Below the pieces are notes generated by a model. The model worked only from the letters and a program-made list of their open reading frames with translations, did no database searches and was not told the DNA's origin. DNA of 63,600 nt from a virus (taxonomy: Duplodnaviria; Caudoviricetes): positions 1 to 63,600 of IMG/VR virus record IMGVR_UViG_3300027971_000055; one strand, 5' to 3'. Numbering within the stretch: position 1 is the stretch's first letter; each line of letters starts with the position of its first letter. Position numbers and translations under genes: made by a program. Below are positions 26,253-35,870 of the stretch, one piece after another.

Positions 26253-27795
26253 TGATAAGAAGGAACAAGAGGCTCGGATAGCGAGTTTACTTATATTTTT
26301 ACAATCAAATAATAAATATTTAGAAAAAGAAGAAGCTGAACTAGTTGACTCGTTAGTAGAAGCTACGAGTGGTAGGATAGTACAAGACGTAGGTAGTACA
26401 AGTTTTTTAGAATTTATACAACACGTGTACCCAGGGTATATAGTAGGAGCGCATCATGCTAGGTTGGCTAAGATATTTGAAGATATTGCTGCAGGAAAGA
26501 AAAAACGAGTTATTGTTAACATTGCACCAAGACATGGTAAATCAGAGCTTATTTCGTATCTTGCGCCAGCATGGTTTCTCGGTAAATTTCCTCATAAAAA
26601 GGTTATTATGGCGTCTCACACAGCTGATCTGGCGGTTGGCTTTGGTCGTCGTGTCCGTAATTTGGTGGGTAGTGACGCGTATAAAGATATTTTTCCGACA
26701 GTAGAATTACAAGCTGACTCTAAGTCTGCAAGTAGATGGGGGACAAATTTTAATGGAGAGTATTTTGCTATTGGTGTGGGTGGTGCCCTCGCTGGTCGTG
26801 GGGCTGATTTGTTTATCATTGATGACCCACACTCTGAACAAGATGCTAAACTTAACCGATCTGATGTTTTTCTCCCTGCTTGGGAGTGGTTTCAGTCTGG
26901 CCCATTACAGCGTCTTATGCCGGGCGGTGCGATTATTGTAGTGATGACTCGGTGGAGTAAACTTGATTTAACCGGGCAAATTGTGAACCAGATGGTTAAG
27001 AATGAAGAAGTAGATCAATGGGAAGTAGTAGAATTTCCAGCTATCATTGAGGATAAAGATGGTAAAGAACAACCATTATGGCCTGAGTTTTGGAGTTTAG
27101 AAGAATTACTTAGTAAGAAAGCTGCATTAGATGTACGATACTGGAACTCACAATATTTACAAAACCCAGTATCAGAAGAAGGTGCATTAATAAAAAGAGA
27201 GTGGTGGAATATATGGGAAAAAGAAGATCCACCCGATTGTGAATTTACAATCATGAGTTTAGATGCCGCCCAAGAGGCGAATAACAGAGCGGACTACAAT
27301 GCGCTCACCACTTGGGGCGTCTTTTTTAACGAAGAAACTAATAACTATAATATAATACTGTTAAACTCGATTAAGAAACGATTAGAGTTTCCTGAACTCA
27401 AAGAACTATGTATAGAAGAGTATAAAGAGTGGGAACCTGACTCGTTTTTAGTAGAAAAGAAATCTAATGGTGCAGCCTTATATCAAGAGTTTAGACGTAT
27501 GGGTATACCGGTAGGTGAATTTACACCAGGTAAAGGGCAAGATAAGATTAGTCGAGTCAATGCAGTATCTGATTTATTTAGAAGTGGCATTGTGTGGGCA
27601 CCTGATAGACGATGGGCTAAAGAAGTAATAGAAGAATGTAATGATTTTCCAAGTGGTGCCAATGATGACTTGGTAGATAGTACAACGTTAGCATTAATGA
27701 GATTTAGACAAGGTGGGTTCATTAGATTACCTAGTGATGAAGCAGATGAGATTAAAGCATTTAAAAGTTCTAGGAATAGATTGTACTCAATATAA
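26245..27795 (+). CDS. terL: Terminase large subunit
   Basis: APRHGKS Walker A, IIDDP Walker B, nuclease LDAA and FP.G.NDDLVD. Confidence 0.95.
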   Translation: MSNDKKEQEARIASLLIFLQSNNKYLEKEEAELVDSLVEATSGRIVQDVGSTSFLEFIQHVYPGYIVGAHHARLAKIFEDIAAGKKKRVIVNIAPRHGKSELISYLAPAWFLGKFPHKKVIMASHTADLAVGFGRRVRNLVGSDAYKDIFPTVELQADSKSASRWGTNFNGEYFAIGVGGALAGRGADLFIIDDPHSEQDAKLNRSDVFLPAWEWFQSGPLQRLMPGGAIIVVMTRWSKLDLTGQIVNQMVKNEEVDQWEVVEFPAIIEDKDGKEQPLWPEFWSLEELLSKKAALDVRYWNSQYLQNPVSEEGALIKREWWNIWEKEDPPDCEFTIMSLDAAQEANNRADYNALTTWGVFFNEETNNYNIILLNSIKKRLEFPELKELCIEEYKEWEPDSFLVEKKSNGAALYQEFRRMGIPVGEFTPGKGQDKISRVNAVSDLFRSGIVWAPDRRWAKEVIEECNDFPSGANDDLVDSTTLALMRFRQGGFIRLPSDEADEIKAFKSSRNRLYSI

Positions 27796-27805
27796 GGATT
27801 AAATT

Positions 27806-30304
27806 ATGGCAACTAATATAGATAAAAGTGTATACCAAGCTCCGATGGGATTAGATCAAGATCCACAAAACCCAGAAACGGATACGTTAAGTATTGAAAT
27901 TGAAAACCCAGATAGTGTAACGCTTGATGATGGTAGTATGGAAATTACTATTGTGCCTGGTAAAGAAGGCGATGATGAGTTTAATGATAACTTAGCAGAA
28001 GAGATGAACGAAGGTGAGTTAACTGAGTTGTCAGGTGATTTGCTTGGTGAGTTTGATGCTGATATTAATTCAAGAAAAGATTGGTTAACTACTTATGTAG
28101 ATGGCTTAGAGTTACTAGGTCTTAAAGTAGAAGACAGAACAGAACCATGGCCAGGCGCATGTAACGTATATCACCCTCTTATGACAGAAGCGCTTGTGAA
28201 GTTCCAAGCTGAAACTATGATGGAAACATTCCCCGCCGCAGGGCCAGTTAAAACTGTAATTATTGGCAAACAAACAAAAGAAAAAGAAGATGCAGCTGAA
28301 CGTGTAAAAGATGATATGAATTATCAGCTCACGGATATGATGCCCGAATATAGACCTGAACATGAGCGTATGCTATGGGGTCTTGGTTTATCAGGTAACG
28401 CATTTAAGAAAGTTTATTATGATCCAAACATGCAACGGCAAGTGGCAATGTATGTTCCAGCTGAAGATATTGTAGTACCTTACGGTGCCTCTAATTTAGA
28501 AACAGCTGAGCGTGTTACTCATGTGATGCGTAAAACTAAAAATGAATTACATAAACTACAAGTAGCAGGTTTTTATCGTGATGTAGATTTAGGTGAACCA
28601 TATTTAGATATTGATGAAGCTGAGAAAAAGATTGCAGAAAAACTAGGTTTTAATCCATCAGAAGATGATCGTTATAAGATTCTTGAAATACATGTTAATT
28701 TAGATTTAGAAAATGGTGATAGTGAAGATGGCATTGCATTACCTTATGTAGTAACAATTGAAAAAGGTACAGGCCTTATCTTAGCAATTCGTCGTAATTG
28801 GAATCCAGATGATGAGTTAAAATCTAAGCGTCAACATTTTGTACACTACGGTTATATTCCAGGCTTTGGCTTTTATTGCTTTGGCTTAATTCATTTGATA
28901 GGTGCTTTCGCCAAATCAGGTACTATGATCTTACGTCAACTTGTTGACGCGGGTACCCTATCAAACTTACCAGGCGGACTTAAATCTCGCGGGCTACGCA
29001 TTAAAGGGGATGACACGCCTATTGCACCAGGTGAATTCCGTGACGTAGATGTACCAAGTGGTGCTATTCGTGACAACATTTTAATGCTGCCTTACAAAGA
29101 ACCCTCACAAGTATTACAAAGTTTAATGAATGGTATTATTGAAGAAGGACGACGTTTTGCTTCTGCTGCTGATATGAAAGTATCAGATATGTCTGCTAAC
29201 TCTCCAGTGGGTACTACGTTAGCTATATTAGAAAGAACATTAAAAGTAATGAGTGCAGTTCAAGCACGTATTTACTACGCGATGAAGCAAGAGTTTAAAT
29301 TACTTAAAGGCATTATTCGTGACTACACACCGGAAGAGTATTCTTATGATCCTGAAGTAGGTGATCGCCGTGCTAAACAAGCTGATTATGATAATGTAGA
29401 TGTAATTCCAGTTAGTGACCCTAATGCTGCAACCATGTCACAGAAAGTAGTTCAGTATCAAGCTGTGATGCAAATGGCGCAATCTAACCCACAAATCTAC
29501 GACCAAGTAGAACTTAATAAACAAATGTTAGAAGTACTTGGTGTTAAGAATATTAGCAAACTTATACCATCATCCGATGACCAGAAACCAAAAGACCCTG
29601 TGTCTGAAAATATGAATATTATTAATGGTAAACCTGTTAAAGCATTTATTTACCAAGACCATCAAGCACATATTCAAGTACATATGACAGCCATGCAAGA
29701 TCCTAAGATTCTACAAATGGTAGGACAAAACCCTCAAGCACAAGCTATTCAAGCAGCAGCTATGGCACACATTAATGAGCACGTTGCGTTTGAATATAGA
29801 AAACAACTTGAAGAACAATTAGGCGTTCCATTACCTAAACCTGATGAAACATTACCAGAAGACATAGAGTTTGAATTATCTAAAGTTATGGCTGAAGCTG
29901 CTAAGAAACTTTCTGCTAAGTCTGCTTCTGAGGCTCAACAAGAACAAGCTCAACAACAGCAACAAGATCCAATTATCCAAATGCAACAACAAGAGCTACA
30001 GTTAAAAGCTCAAGATTTACAAATCAAACAGCAAAAAACTATGGCAGATATTCAATCAGATCAAGCTAGACTTGAACTTGATAAGATGCGTATTGAATCA
30101 CAAGAACGTATTGCTGGTGCTCAGTTAGGTGCTAATGCTGTAATGGATGATAAACAGCTAGAAGCTAAACAGTTGTTAGAAGGTACAAAAATTGGTATAG
30201 AAGCAGTTAGAGCTAATGATCAATTAGAGCACCAAAAACAACAAGCTGAAAAACAACAATCTATACAAATGCAACAAATGAATCAACAACAACCAAAGGA
30301 GTAG
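27806..30304 (+). CDS. Portal protein
   Basis: Follows terL; EPWPGAC, FKKVYYD, Gln-rich coiled-coil C-terminus. Confidence 0.88.
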   Translation: MATNIDKSVYQAPMGLDQDPQNPETDTLSIEIENPDSVTLDDGSMEITIVPGKEGDDEFNDNLAEEMNEGELTELSGDLLGEFDADINSRKDWLTTYVDGLELLGLKVEDRTEPWPGACNVYHPLMTEALVKFQAETMMETFPAAGPVKTVIIGKQTKEKEDAAERVKDDMNYQLTDMMPEYRPEHERMLWGLGLSGNAFKKVYYDPNMQRQVAMYVPAEDIVVPYGASNLETAERVTHVMRKTKNELHKLQVAGFYRDVDLGEPYLDIDEAEKKIAEKLGFNPSEDDRYKILEIHVNLDLENGDSEDGIALPYVVTIEKGTGLILAIRRNWNPDDELKSKRQHFVHYGYIPGFGFYCFGLIHLIGAFAKSGTMILRQLVDAGTLSNLPGGLKSRGLRIKGDDTPIAPGEFRDVDVPSGAIRDNILMLPYKEPSQVLQSLMNGIIEEGRRFASAADMKVSDMSANSPVGTTLAILERTLKVMSAVQARIYYAMKQEFKLLKGIIRDYTPEEYSYDPEVGDRRAKQADYDNVDVIPVSDPNAATMSQKVVQYQAVMQMAQSNPQIYDQVELNKQMLEVLGVKNISKLIPSSDDQKPKDPVSENMNIINGKPVKAFIYQDHQAHIQVHMTAMQDPKILQMVGQNPQAQAIQAAAMAHINEHVAFEYRKQLEEQLGVPLPKPDETLPEDIEFELSKVMAEAAKKLSAKSASEAQQEQAQQQQQDPIIQMQQQELQLKAQDLQIKQQKTMADIQSDQARLELDKMRIESQERIAGAQLGANAVMDDKQLEAKQLLEGTKIGIEAVRANDQLEHQKQQAEKQQSIQMQQMNQQQPKE

Positions 30305-30307
30305 TAA

Positions 30308-30502
30308 ATGATAGACCCAACGTTAGAACTACTAATTAACAAAGTAGCTGAAAAACGCAAAGATATATTAAGTTCAATTGCTGACGGTTCTGCTAAAGAT
30401 TATGCGCATTATCAATCTGCTGTAGGATATATAAGAGCTTGCGATACTATACAAGGTATTATTGCCGACATCGTAAATAAGATGGAGAACTCAGATGAGT
30501 GA
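30308..30502 (+). CDS. Small head-module protein
   Basis: G.AKDY..Y...VG motif, AAGGAG RBS. Confidence 0.7.
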   Translation: MIDPTLELLINKVAEKRKDILSSIADGSAKDYAHYQSAVGYIRACDTIQGIIADIVNKMENSDE

Positions 30503-30941
30503 ACAAATACTCACAATGAATAAAAATTTAGTTGATGCTGCTGGTCGACCAATTAATATTCCATCGGTAGATGCAGTAGAAGTAGAAGATATACCTATCG
30601 AAGAACGGGGTTTACAGTTACCAGAACCTAAAGGATACAAAATACTTTGTGCAATTCCAGATGCTTCAGAAACTTATCAAGGCGGTATTGTCAAAGCAGA
30701 TTCAACTAGAACTATAGAAGAACATTCAACTGTAGTTTTGTTTGTAGTTAAAGTAGGTGATTTAGCTTATAAAGATGAAGCAAGATTTCCTACTGGTCCG
30801 TGGTGTAAAGAAGGTGATTTTGTTTTAACGCGTGCATACGCGGGTACTAGATTTAAAATTCACGGAAGAGAATTCCGCATTATTAACGACGATACAGTTG
30901 AGGGGGTTGTTGCTGATCCTCGCGGCTATACTCGCGCATAG
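30495..30941 (+). CDS. groES: GroES-like co-chaperonin
   Basis: P.GYKIL, GGIV, VKVG, WCKEGDFVL..YAG, RIINDD.VEGV. Confidence 0.85.
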   Translation: MSEQILTMNKNLVDAAGRPINIPSVDAVEVEDIPIEERGLQLPEPKGYKILCAIPDASETYQGGIVKADSTRTIEEHSTVVLFVVKVGDLAYKDEARFPTGPWCKEGDFVLTRAYAGTRFKIHGREFRIINDDTVEGVVADPRGYTRA

Positions 30942-30951
30942 GAGAATTAAA

Positions 30952-31956
30952 ATGGCTGACGTAAAAGATGGAGACATTGTTTTTGAATATCCAGATGATG
31001 ATGAAATACCAGGTAGTAAGTTACCTGAAGAAAAAGAAAAAACTGAAGTTAAAGTAGAAACAAAAGCAGATGATATTGACCTTGAAATTGAAGACGATAC
31101 ACCCCCTGCAGATAAAAATAAAGAACCACTACCAAAAAATCTTGTTGAAGACCTAGAAAATGATAATTTAGAAGAGTATTCAGACCGAGTTAAAACTCGT
31201 ATGGCTCAACTTAGAAAAGTTTATCATGATGAAAGACGTGAGAAAGAATCTGCTGACCGAGAAAGACATGAAGCAATTAGATTCGCTCAACAAATCTCCG
31301 AAGAAAATAAAAAATTAAAATCTAGTTTAAGTAACGGAGAAGAAACTTATATCGAGACCCTTAAAAATGCGCTTGAAAGTGAACTTTCTTTAGCTAAAGA
31401 ATCTTACCGTAAAGCCTATGATTCAGGAGAAACAGATAGTATAATTGATGCACAACAAAAGATGAATGATGCTCAGTTTAGACTATCACAAGCTAAACAG
31501 TATGAGCCTAGATTTAAAAATGCTTTACAGGAACCCGAAAATCCTGTATATATACAACAAAATGAACAACGTTCGTTTAAACCTGACGATAAAGCCGCAG
31601 CTTGGCAAGAAAAGAACGACTGGTTTGGTAAAGACGAAGAAATGACAAGCCTTGCATTAGGCGTACATGAAAAATTAGTTAGAAGCGGGATCAGTCCTAC
31701 CTCTGACGAATATTACCGTCGTATTGATAGTACGATGCAGAAACGATTCCCAGAAAACTTTGGGGATGCAACGCTAGACGAGGAAAAACCCGCCGAGCGC
31801 ACAAAACCTTCGACTGTAGTTGCACCGGCAACGCGTAGCACCGCGCCTAAAAAAGTGCGTCTGACAAAGACACAAGTAGCGTTAGCCAAGAAATTTGGTA
31901 TAACACCGGAACAATATGCAAGAGAAACTTTAAAATTGGAGAATGCAAATGGATAA
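30952..31956 (+). CDS. Putative capsid scaffold protein
   Basis: Acidic N-terminus, coiled coil, C-terminal LT..QVALAKKFG...EQYA; AGGAG before ATG 30952. Confidence 0.75.
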   Translation: MADVKDGDIVFEYPDDDEIPGSKLPEEKEKTEVKVETKADDIDLEIEDDTPPADKNKEPLPKNLVEDLENDNLEEYSDRVKTRMAQLRKVYHDERREKESADRERHEAIRFAQQISEENKKLKSSLSNGEETYIETLKNALESELSLAKESYRKAYDSGETDSIIDAQQKMNDAQFRLSQAKQYEPRFKNALQEPENPVYIQQNEQRSFKPDDKAAAWQEKNDWFGKDEEMTSLALGVHEKLVRSGISPTSDEYYRRIDSTMQKRFPENFGDATLDEEKPAERTKPSTVVAPATRSTAPKKVRLTKTQVALAKKFGITPEQYARETLKLENANG

Positions 31957-32401
31957 TACAAACAGAACAGATCGTGAAGTAGATACAAGAGAAGAATTTC
32001 AACGTGCAGAAAGTTGGAAACCTGCCTCCCTATTACCTGAATTTAAAAAGGTACCTGGATGGGCATACCGTTGGATCAGAACTAGTCTATTAAATGAGGC
32101 TGATAATCTAAATGTTTCTTCAAAGATGCGTGAAGGATGGGAACCCGTTAAATTAGCGGACCACCCTGAAATGAAAATAATGATTGACCAAAATGCTCGG
32201 TTTAAAGACGGAGTTGAAATTGGTGGATTATTATTATGTAAAATTCCAGAAGAGTTTGTTGCACAACGTAAGGCTCACTATAAAAATATAGCAGATCAAC
32301 AAGCCGAAGCAGTCGACAACAGCTTTATGAAACAGAATGATGCTCGTATGCCTCTTTTCTCAGAGAAGAAAGCTACATCGTCATTCGGTAAAGGTAAATA
32401 A
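31943..32401 (+). CDS. Head-module protein
   Basis: YRWIR, REGWEPV, IGGLLLCK motifs. Confidence 0.7.
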   Translation: MQMDNTNRTDREVDTREEFQRAESWKPASLLPEFKKVPGWAYRWIRTSLLNEADNLNVSSKMREGWEPVKLADHPEMKIMIDQNARFKDGVEIGGLLLCKIPEEFVAQRKAHYKNIADQQAEAVDNSFMKQNDARMPLFSEKKATSSFGKGK

Positions 32402-32419
32402 CAAAAAAGGAGACATATT

Positions 32420-33025
32420 ATGTCAGCAACAGCAACCCCGTACGGCTTTAAACCCGTAAATGAAATTGGCGGTCTACCATATGCTGGTAGTACACGTCAA
32501 ATCAAGATTGCTTCCGGCTACGCTTCAAATATATACTACGGACAAGTAGTTTCTATTGTAGCTGCAGGTACAATCCAAGTAGTAGTAACGAATGGTGATA
32601 ACTCAACACCGTTCCCAGCAGGCACAATCGGTGTTTTTGTAGGTTGCACTTACACAAACCCATCAACTAAGCAATTAACATTTGCACAATACTGGCCAAC
32701 TGGTACAGTAGCGTCTGATGCTATGGCTTACGTTGTAGACGATTACAATACATTATTCCAAGTTCAAGCTGACGGCTCATTAGCTCAAGCAACACTTGGC
32801 TCTAATGCTATTTTAGCAGCAGTTCAATCAACATCTACAGGTTCAACAACTACAGGTAATTCAAACACAGCAATTAGCACTTCAGTGGCTACTACTTCTG
32901 GTTATGCGTTCCGTATTGTAGATTTCGTTGAGAGTACAACATCAACAGTGGGTGATGCATATACTGACGTCTTGGTTAAATTTAATCCAGTCGCTCATTC
33001 ATATAACAACCCAACTGGTATCTAA
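32420..33025 (+). CDS. Putative capsid decoration protein
   Basis: Ser/Thr/Gly-rich beta protein directly before the major capsid gene. Confidence 0.6.
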   Translation: MSATATPYGFKPVNEIGGLPYAGSTRQIKIASGYASNIYYGQVVSIVAAGTIQVVVTNGDNSTPFPAGTIGVFVGCTYTNPSTKQLTFAQYWPTGTVASDAMAYVVDDYNTLFQVQADGSLAQATLGSNAILAAVQSTSTGSTTTGNSNTAISTSVATTSGYAFRIVDFVESTTSTVGDAYTDVLVKFNPVAHSYNNPTGI

Positions 33026-33037
33026 GGAGAATAAAAC

Positions 33038-33952
33038 ATGGCTATTTCACGCGCACAGCTCCTTAAAGAGCTCTTACCAGGACTAAATGCACTATTTGGT
33101 TTAGAATATAAACGTTACGGCGAAGAACATAAAGAAATCTACGAAACAGAGACTTCAGAACGTTCATTCGAAGAAGAAACAAAACTTTCAGGCTTTGCGG
33201 CAGCACCTGTTAAAAACGAAGGCAATGCCATCGCTTACGACAATGCTCAAGAAGCTTTCACTGCTCGATACAATCACCAAACTATCGCTCTTGGCTTTTC
33301 TTTAACAGAAGAAGCTGTAGAAGATAACTTGTATGACACATTATCAGCACGTTACACAAAGGCTTTAGCTCGCGCTATGGCTTACACAAAACAAGTTAAG
33401 GCTGCTGCAGTTCTTAATAATGGTTTCACTAACTCCGCTGCTTATTACGGTGGTGATGGTGTTCCATTGTTCTCTACCGCACATCCAACTGTTGGTGGTG
33501 GCACAAATAACAACACTCAAACAACTGCAACTGATTTGAACGAAACAGCACTAGAACAAGCTGTTATCAACATAGCTGCATGGACTGATGAGCGTGGTCT
33601 TTTAATTGCTGCTCAACCACGTAAGTTAATAGTTCCACCAGGTAATCAGTTCGTTGCAACTCGTTTGCTCGAAACTGAACTTCGTGTTTCTACAGCTGAC
33701 AATGATATCAATGCTCTTAAAAATAATGGTTCAATCCCAGAAGGATATTCAATTAACCATTACTTAACAGACACTGATGCATACTTCTTAACAACTGATG
33801 TACCTAACGGCATGAAACACTTTGTGCGTACTCCGTTATCTACTTCTATGGATGGCGATTTTGACACAGGCAATGTTAGATACAAAGCTCGTGAGCGTTA
33901 TTCATTTGGTTGGTCAGATCCTCTCGGTATGTGGGGTTCACAAGGCGCTTAA
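33038..33952 (+). CDS. Major capsid protein
   Basis: MAISRAQLLKELLPGLNALFG...RYKARERYSFGWSD; strong RBS; followed by terminator. Confidence 0.9.
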   Translation: MAISRAQLLKELLPGLNALFGLEYKRYGEEHKEIYETETSERSFEEETKLSGFAAAPVKNEGNAIAYDNAQEAFTARYNHQTIALGFSLTEEAVEDNLYDTLSARYTKALARAMAYTKQVKAAAVLNNGFTNSAAYYGGDGVPLFSTAHPTVGGGTNNNTQTTATDLNETALEQAVINIAAWTDERGLLIAAQPRKLIVPPGNQFVATRLLETELRVSTADNDINALKNNGSIPEGYSINHYLTDTDAYFLTTDVPNGMKHFVRTPLSTSMDGDFDTGNVRYKARERYSFGWSDPLGMWGSQGA

Positions 33953-33979
33953 TTGCGTTTTGAAACAATGTACCAAGTT

Positions 33980-34007
33980 AAACCCAGTTTCGGCTGGGTT
34001 TTTCTTT
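33980..34007 (+). terminator. Rho-independent terminator
   Basis: AAACCCAGT-TTCG-GCTGGGTTT plus T-rich tail. Confidence 0.88.
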
Positions 34008-34065
34008 ACCTGCTATTCATGGTTTTACGTATTCCACAGGCAAATCTTCGGAGTAATATGTAGTT

Positions 34066-34082
34066 ATACACACGGTGTGTAT
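34066..34082. promoter_or_regulatory. 17-bp palindrome upstream of pqqA
   Basis: ATACACAC-G-GTGTGTAT. Confidence 0.5.
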
Positions 34083-34101
34083 TAAATTTAAAGGAAAAAT
34101 T

Positions 34102-34173
34102 ATGTGGACAACTCCAGCAGCAACTGAAATGAGATTTGGCTTTGAAGTGACTATGTACGTAATGAACAAGTAA
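34102..34173 (+). CDS. pqqA: Pyrroloquinoline quinone precursor peptide PqqA; not in ORF track
   Basis: MWTTPAATEMRFGFEVTMYVMNK: MW..P....R.GFEVTMY signature with E-xxx-Y; AAGGA RBS; own terminator. Confidence 0.96.
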   Translation: MWTTPAATEMRFGFEVTMYVMNK

Positions 34174-34197
34174 TTAGATATTACATTGTTTGCATTT

Positions 34198-34220
34198 AAG
34201 GGCTTTTGTAGCCCTTTTTT
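34198..34220 (+). terminator. Terminator of pqqA
   Basis: AAGGGCT-TTTGT-AGCCCTT plus T tract. Confidence 0.85.
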
Positions 34221-34232
34221 GTTGTATAATAC

Positions 34233-34260
34233 TTGCAAATAGTATGTATTCATGTATTAT
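34233..34260 (+). promoter_or_regulatory. Putative promoter TTGCAA-16-TATTAT
   Basis: Lies between the pqqA terminator and the structured leader. Confidence 0.5.
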
Positions 34261-34268
34261 TTGAATAT

Positions 34269-34340
34269 CCGGGTATATCCGGTTTATTAGACTGTCCCGG
34301 CAGACGCATACAAGACTAATAGACTTAACTTTGTATGGAG
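34269..34340 (+). ncRNA. Candidate structured (double-pseudoknot) 5' UTR RNA
   Basis: Four interleaved complementary segment pairs, the last touching the SD sequence. Confidence 0.55.
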
Positions 34341-34349
34341 AAATATATT

Positions 34350-34829
34350 ATGTCATCAACAACCTTTTCGGGTCCAGTGACGTCTACAGCCGGTTTTATT
34401 ACAGGTACAGGCGTTAATTCAACAGTTACAGCATCAACATTAACAGTTACAGCAGATACTTACAACGGTCAAACTATCGGTTTAAGTCGCGCAGCAGGTA
34501 TTACAGTAACCCTCCCAGCAGCTACAGGCACAAATGCCGTATATAAATTTTTGGTTGAAACAACAGTTACATCTAATAGTTATAAAATTCAAGTGGCTAA
34601 CGCAACAGACGTAATTAGTGGCACATTAAATGTTGCCGGTACTACAGGCACTCCGTTTGGCACTCTTCCAGCTTCTGACACAATCACAATGAATGGCACT
34701 ACACAAGGCGGCGTTATAGGTTCATACGTTGAACTTACTGATGTTGATGCAGGTATCTTTGCTATTACTACTGGCGGTCTTATTGGCTCTGGCACAGTAG
34801 TTACACCATTCTCTGCAGCTGTAAGTTAA
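34350..34829 (+). CDS. Putative virion structural protein (Thr/Gly-rich)
   Basis: MSSTTFSGPV start after GGAG; TLPAATGT motif. Confidence 0.7.
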   Translation: MSSTTFSGPVTSTAGFITGTGVNSTVTASTLTVTADTYNGQTIGLSRAAGITVTLPAATGTNAVYKFLVETTVTSNSYKIQVANATDVISGTLNVAGTTGTPFGTLPASDTITMNGTTQGGVIGSYVELTDVDAGIFAITTGGLIGSGTVVTPFSAAVS

Positions 34830-34878
34830 TTAATCACTGGGGGCGCCTAGCCCCCTTACTAAACAAAGGAGATTAATT

Positions 34879-35391
34879 ATGGCTATGCAATATGATGTAA
34901 AACAAACGCATTTAAATTCTAGTGGGTATCTAGTTAAATATCCTGTTCGTGTTAAAGGGTTATCGTATACTGGCACAGCTACTGCGGGGTATGTAACTTT
35001 ATTTGATACGGCTACAACACCTGTTTCATCAGGCGTAACTTATGCACGATCTGGTACAACTGTAACAGTAACAAAAACAGCTCATGGATTAATTACCGGT
35101 GATGTTATCGGTATTCACTTCTTATCAAATTCTGGTGTTTCAGCTACTGATGGTACATATTCTATTACTAGAACAACTGCTGATGCATTCACTTTAGTTG
35201 ATATTAATACAGGTACTATTTCTAGCACTGCAGCTATATATGTTGTAGGTAAATGGCTTATGACTTACGAACCCGCAGCTACTGATGTATTTGCCAATGT
35301 TCCTTTTATTCCTGGTGAAGGTGTACGAGCTGATACAGGCGTGTATGCTGAAATGTCTAACGTGGATTCGGTACAAATATTCTATGGCTAG
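34879..35391 (+). CDS. Putative virion structural protein
   Basis: MQYDVK...IPGEGV...IFYG; inserted Thr-rich beta module. Confidence 0.7.
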   Translation: MAMQYDVKQTHLNSSGYLVKYPVRVKGLSYTGTATAGYVTLFDTATTPVSSGVTYARSGTTVTVTKTAHGLITGDVIGIHFLSNSGVSATDGTYSITRTTADAFTLVDINTGTISSTAAIYVVGKWLMTYEPAATDVFANVPFIPGEGVRADTGVYAEMSNVDSVQIFYG

Positions 35392-35644
35392 TAAGAAAAA
35401 AGGTCCTAGCCTAGCAATCGGACGTGGTGAGAAACTTCCTGTATCGAAAGGTGCAGGACTCACGGCTAAAGGTCGTGCAAAGTATAACGCAGCTACTGGG
35501 TCAAACCTCAAGGCTCCTCAACCACAAGGTGGCGCTCGTAAGAGATCGTTTTGTGCTAGGATGTCTGGTATGCCTGGTCCTATGAAAGATGAAAAAGGTA
35601 GACCTACTAGGAAAGCCGCATCACTAAAAAGGTGGAAATGCTAA
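35384..35644 (+). CDS. Small basic protein (DUF6321-like)
   Basis: GLTAKGR..YN..TGSNLK, RKRSFCARM, LKRWKC. Confidence 0.7.
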   Translation: MASKKKGPSLAIGRGEKLPVSKGAGLTAKGRAKYNAATGSNLKAPQPQGGARKRSFCARMSGMPGPMKDEKGRPTRKAASLKRWKC

Positions 35645-35862
35645 TGAGTACAGAACGAGAACTTGCCGAACACGGTATCGAAATTAAACACATTCAAACA
35701 GACGTAGACACCCTTATGGAAGATATGAACGAGTTAAAGAAAAGACTTGATGCTATTGAGTCCGCCCTTAACGAAATTAAAGGTGGTTGGAAAGTATTTA
35801 TATTTATTGCGGGACTAGCCTCAGCCGTTGTAAGTTGGGCAGTTGCACATTGGTTTAAGTAG
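35644..35862 (+). CDS. Coiled-coil plus C-terminal TM protein
   Basis: TAATG coupling; KGGWK followed by hydrophobic helix. Confidence 0.65.
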   Translation: MSTERELAEHGIEIKHIQTDVDTLMEDMNELKKRLDAIESALNEIKGGWKVFIFIAGLASAVVSWAVAHWFK

Positions 35863-35870
35863 GAGTTTAT

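Noticed and set aside
30832-30951. N-terminal extension of the scaffold ORF in the track
   Set aside because: Overlaps groES; a clear AGGAG precedes ATG 30952.
33822-34253. Track ORFs 33822..34085 (+) and 34017..34253 (-)
   Set aside because: They cross terminators or lie antisense to pqqA, which explains the region better.
34269-34340. Assignment as hammerhead, HDV/theta, twister or pistol ribozyme, or tRNA
   Set aside because: Catalytic core consensus and helix order do not match by eye; no cloverleaf.
34840-34856. GGGGC-GCCTA-GCCCC hairpin as a terminator
   Set aside because: No U-tract; may only be a stabilising hairpin.
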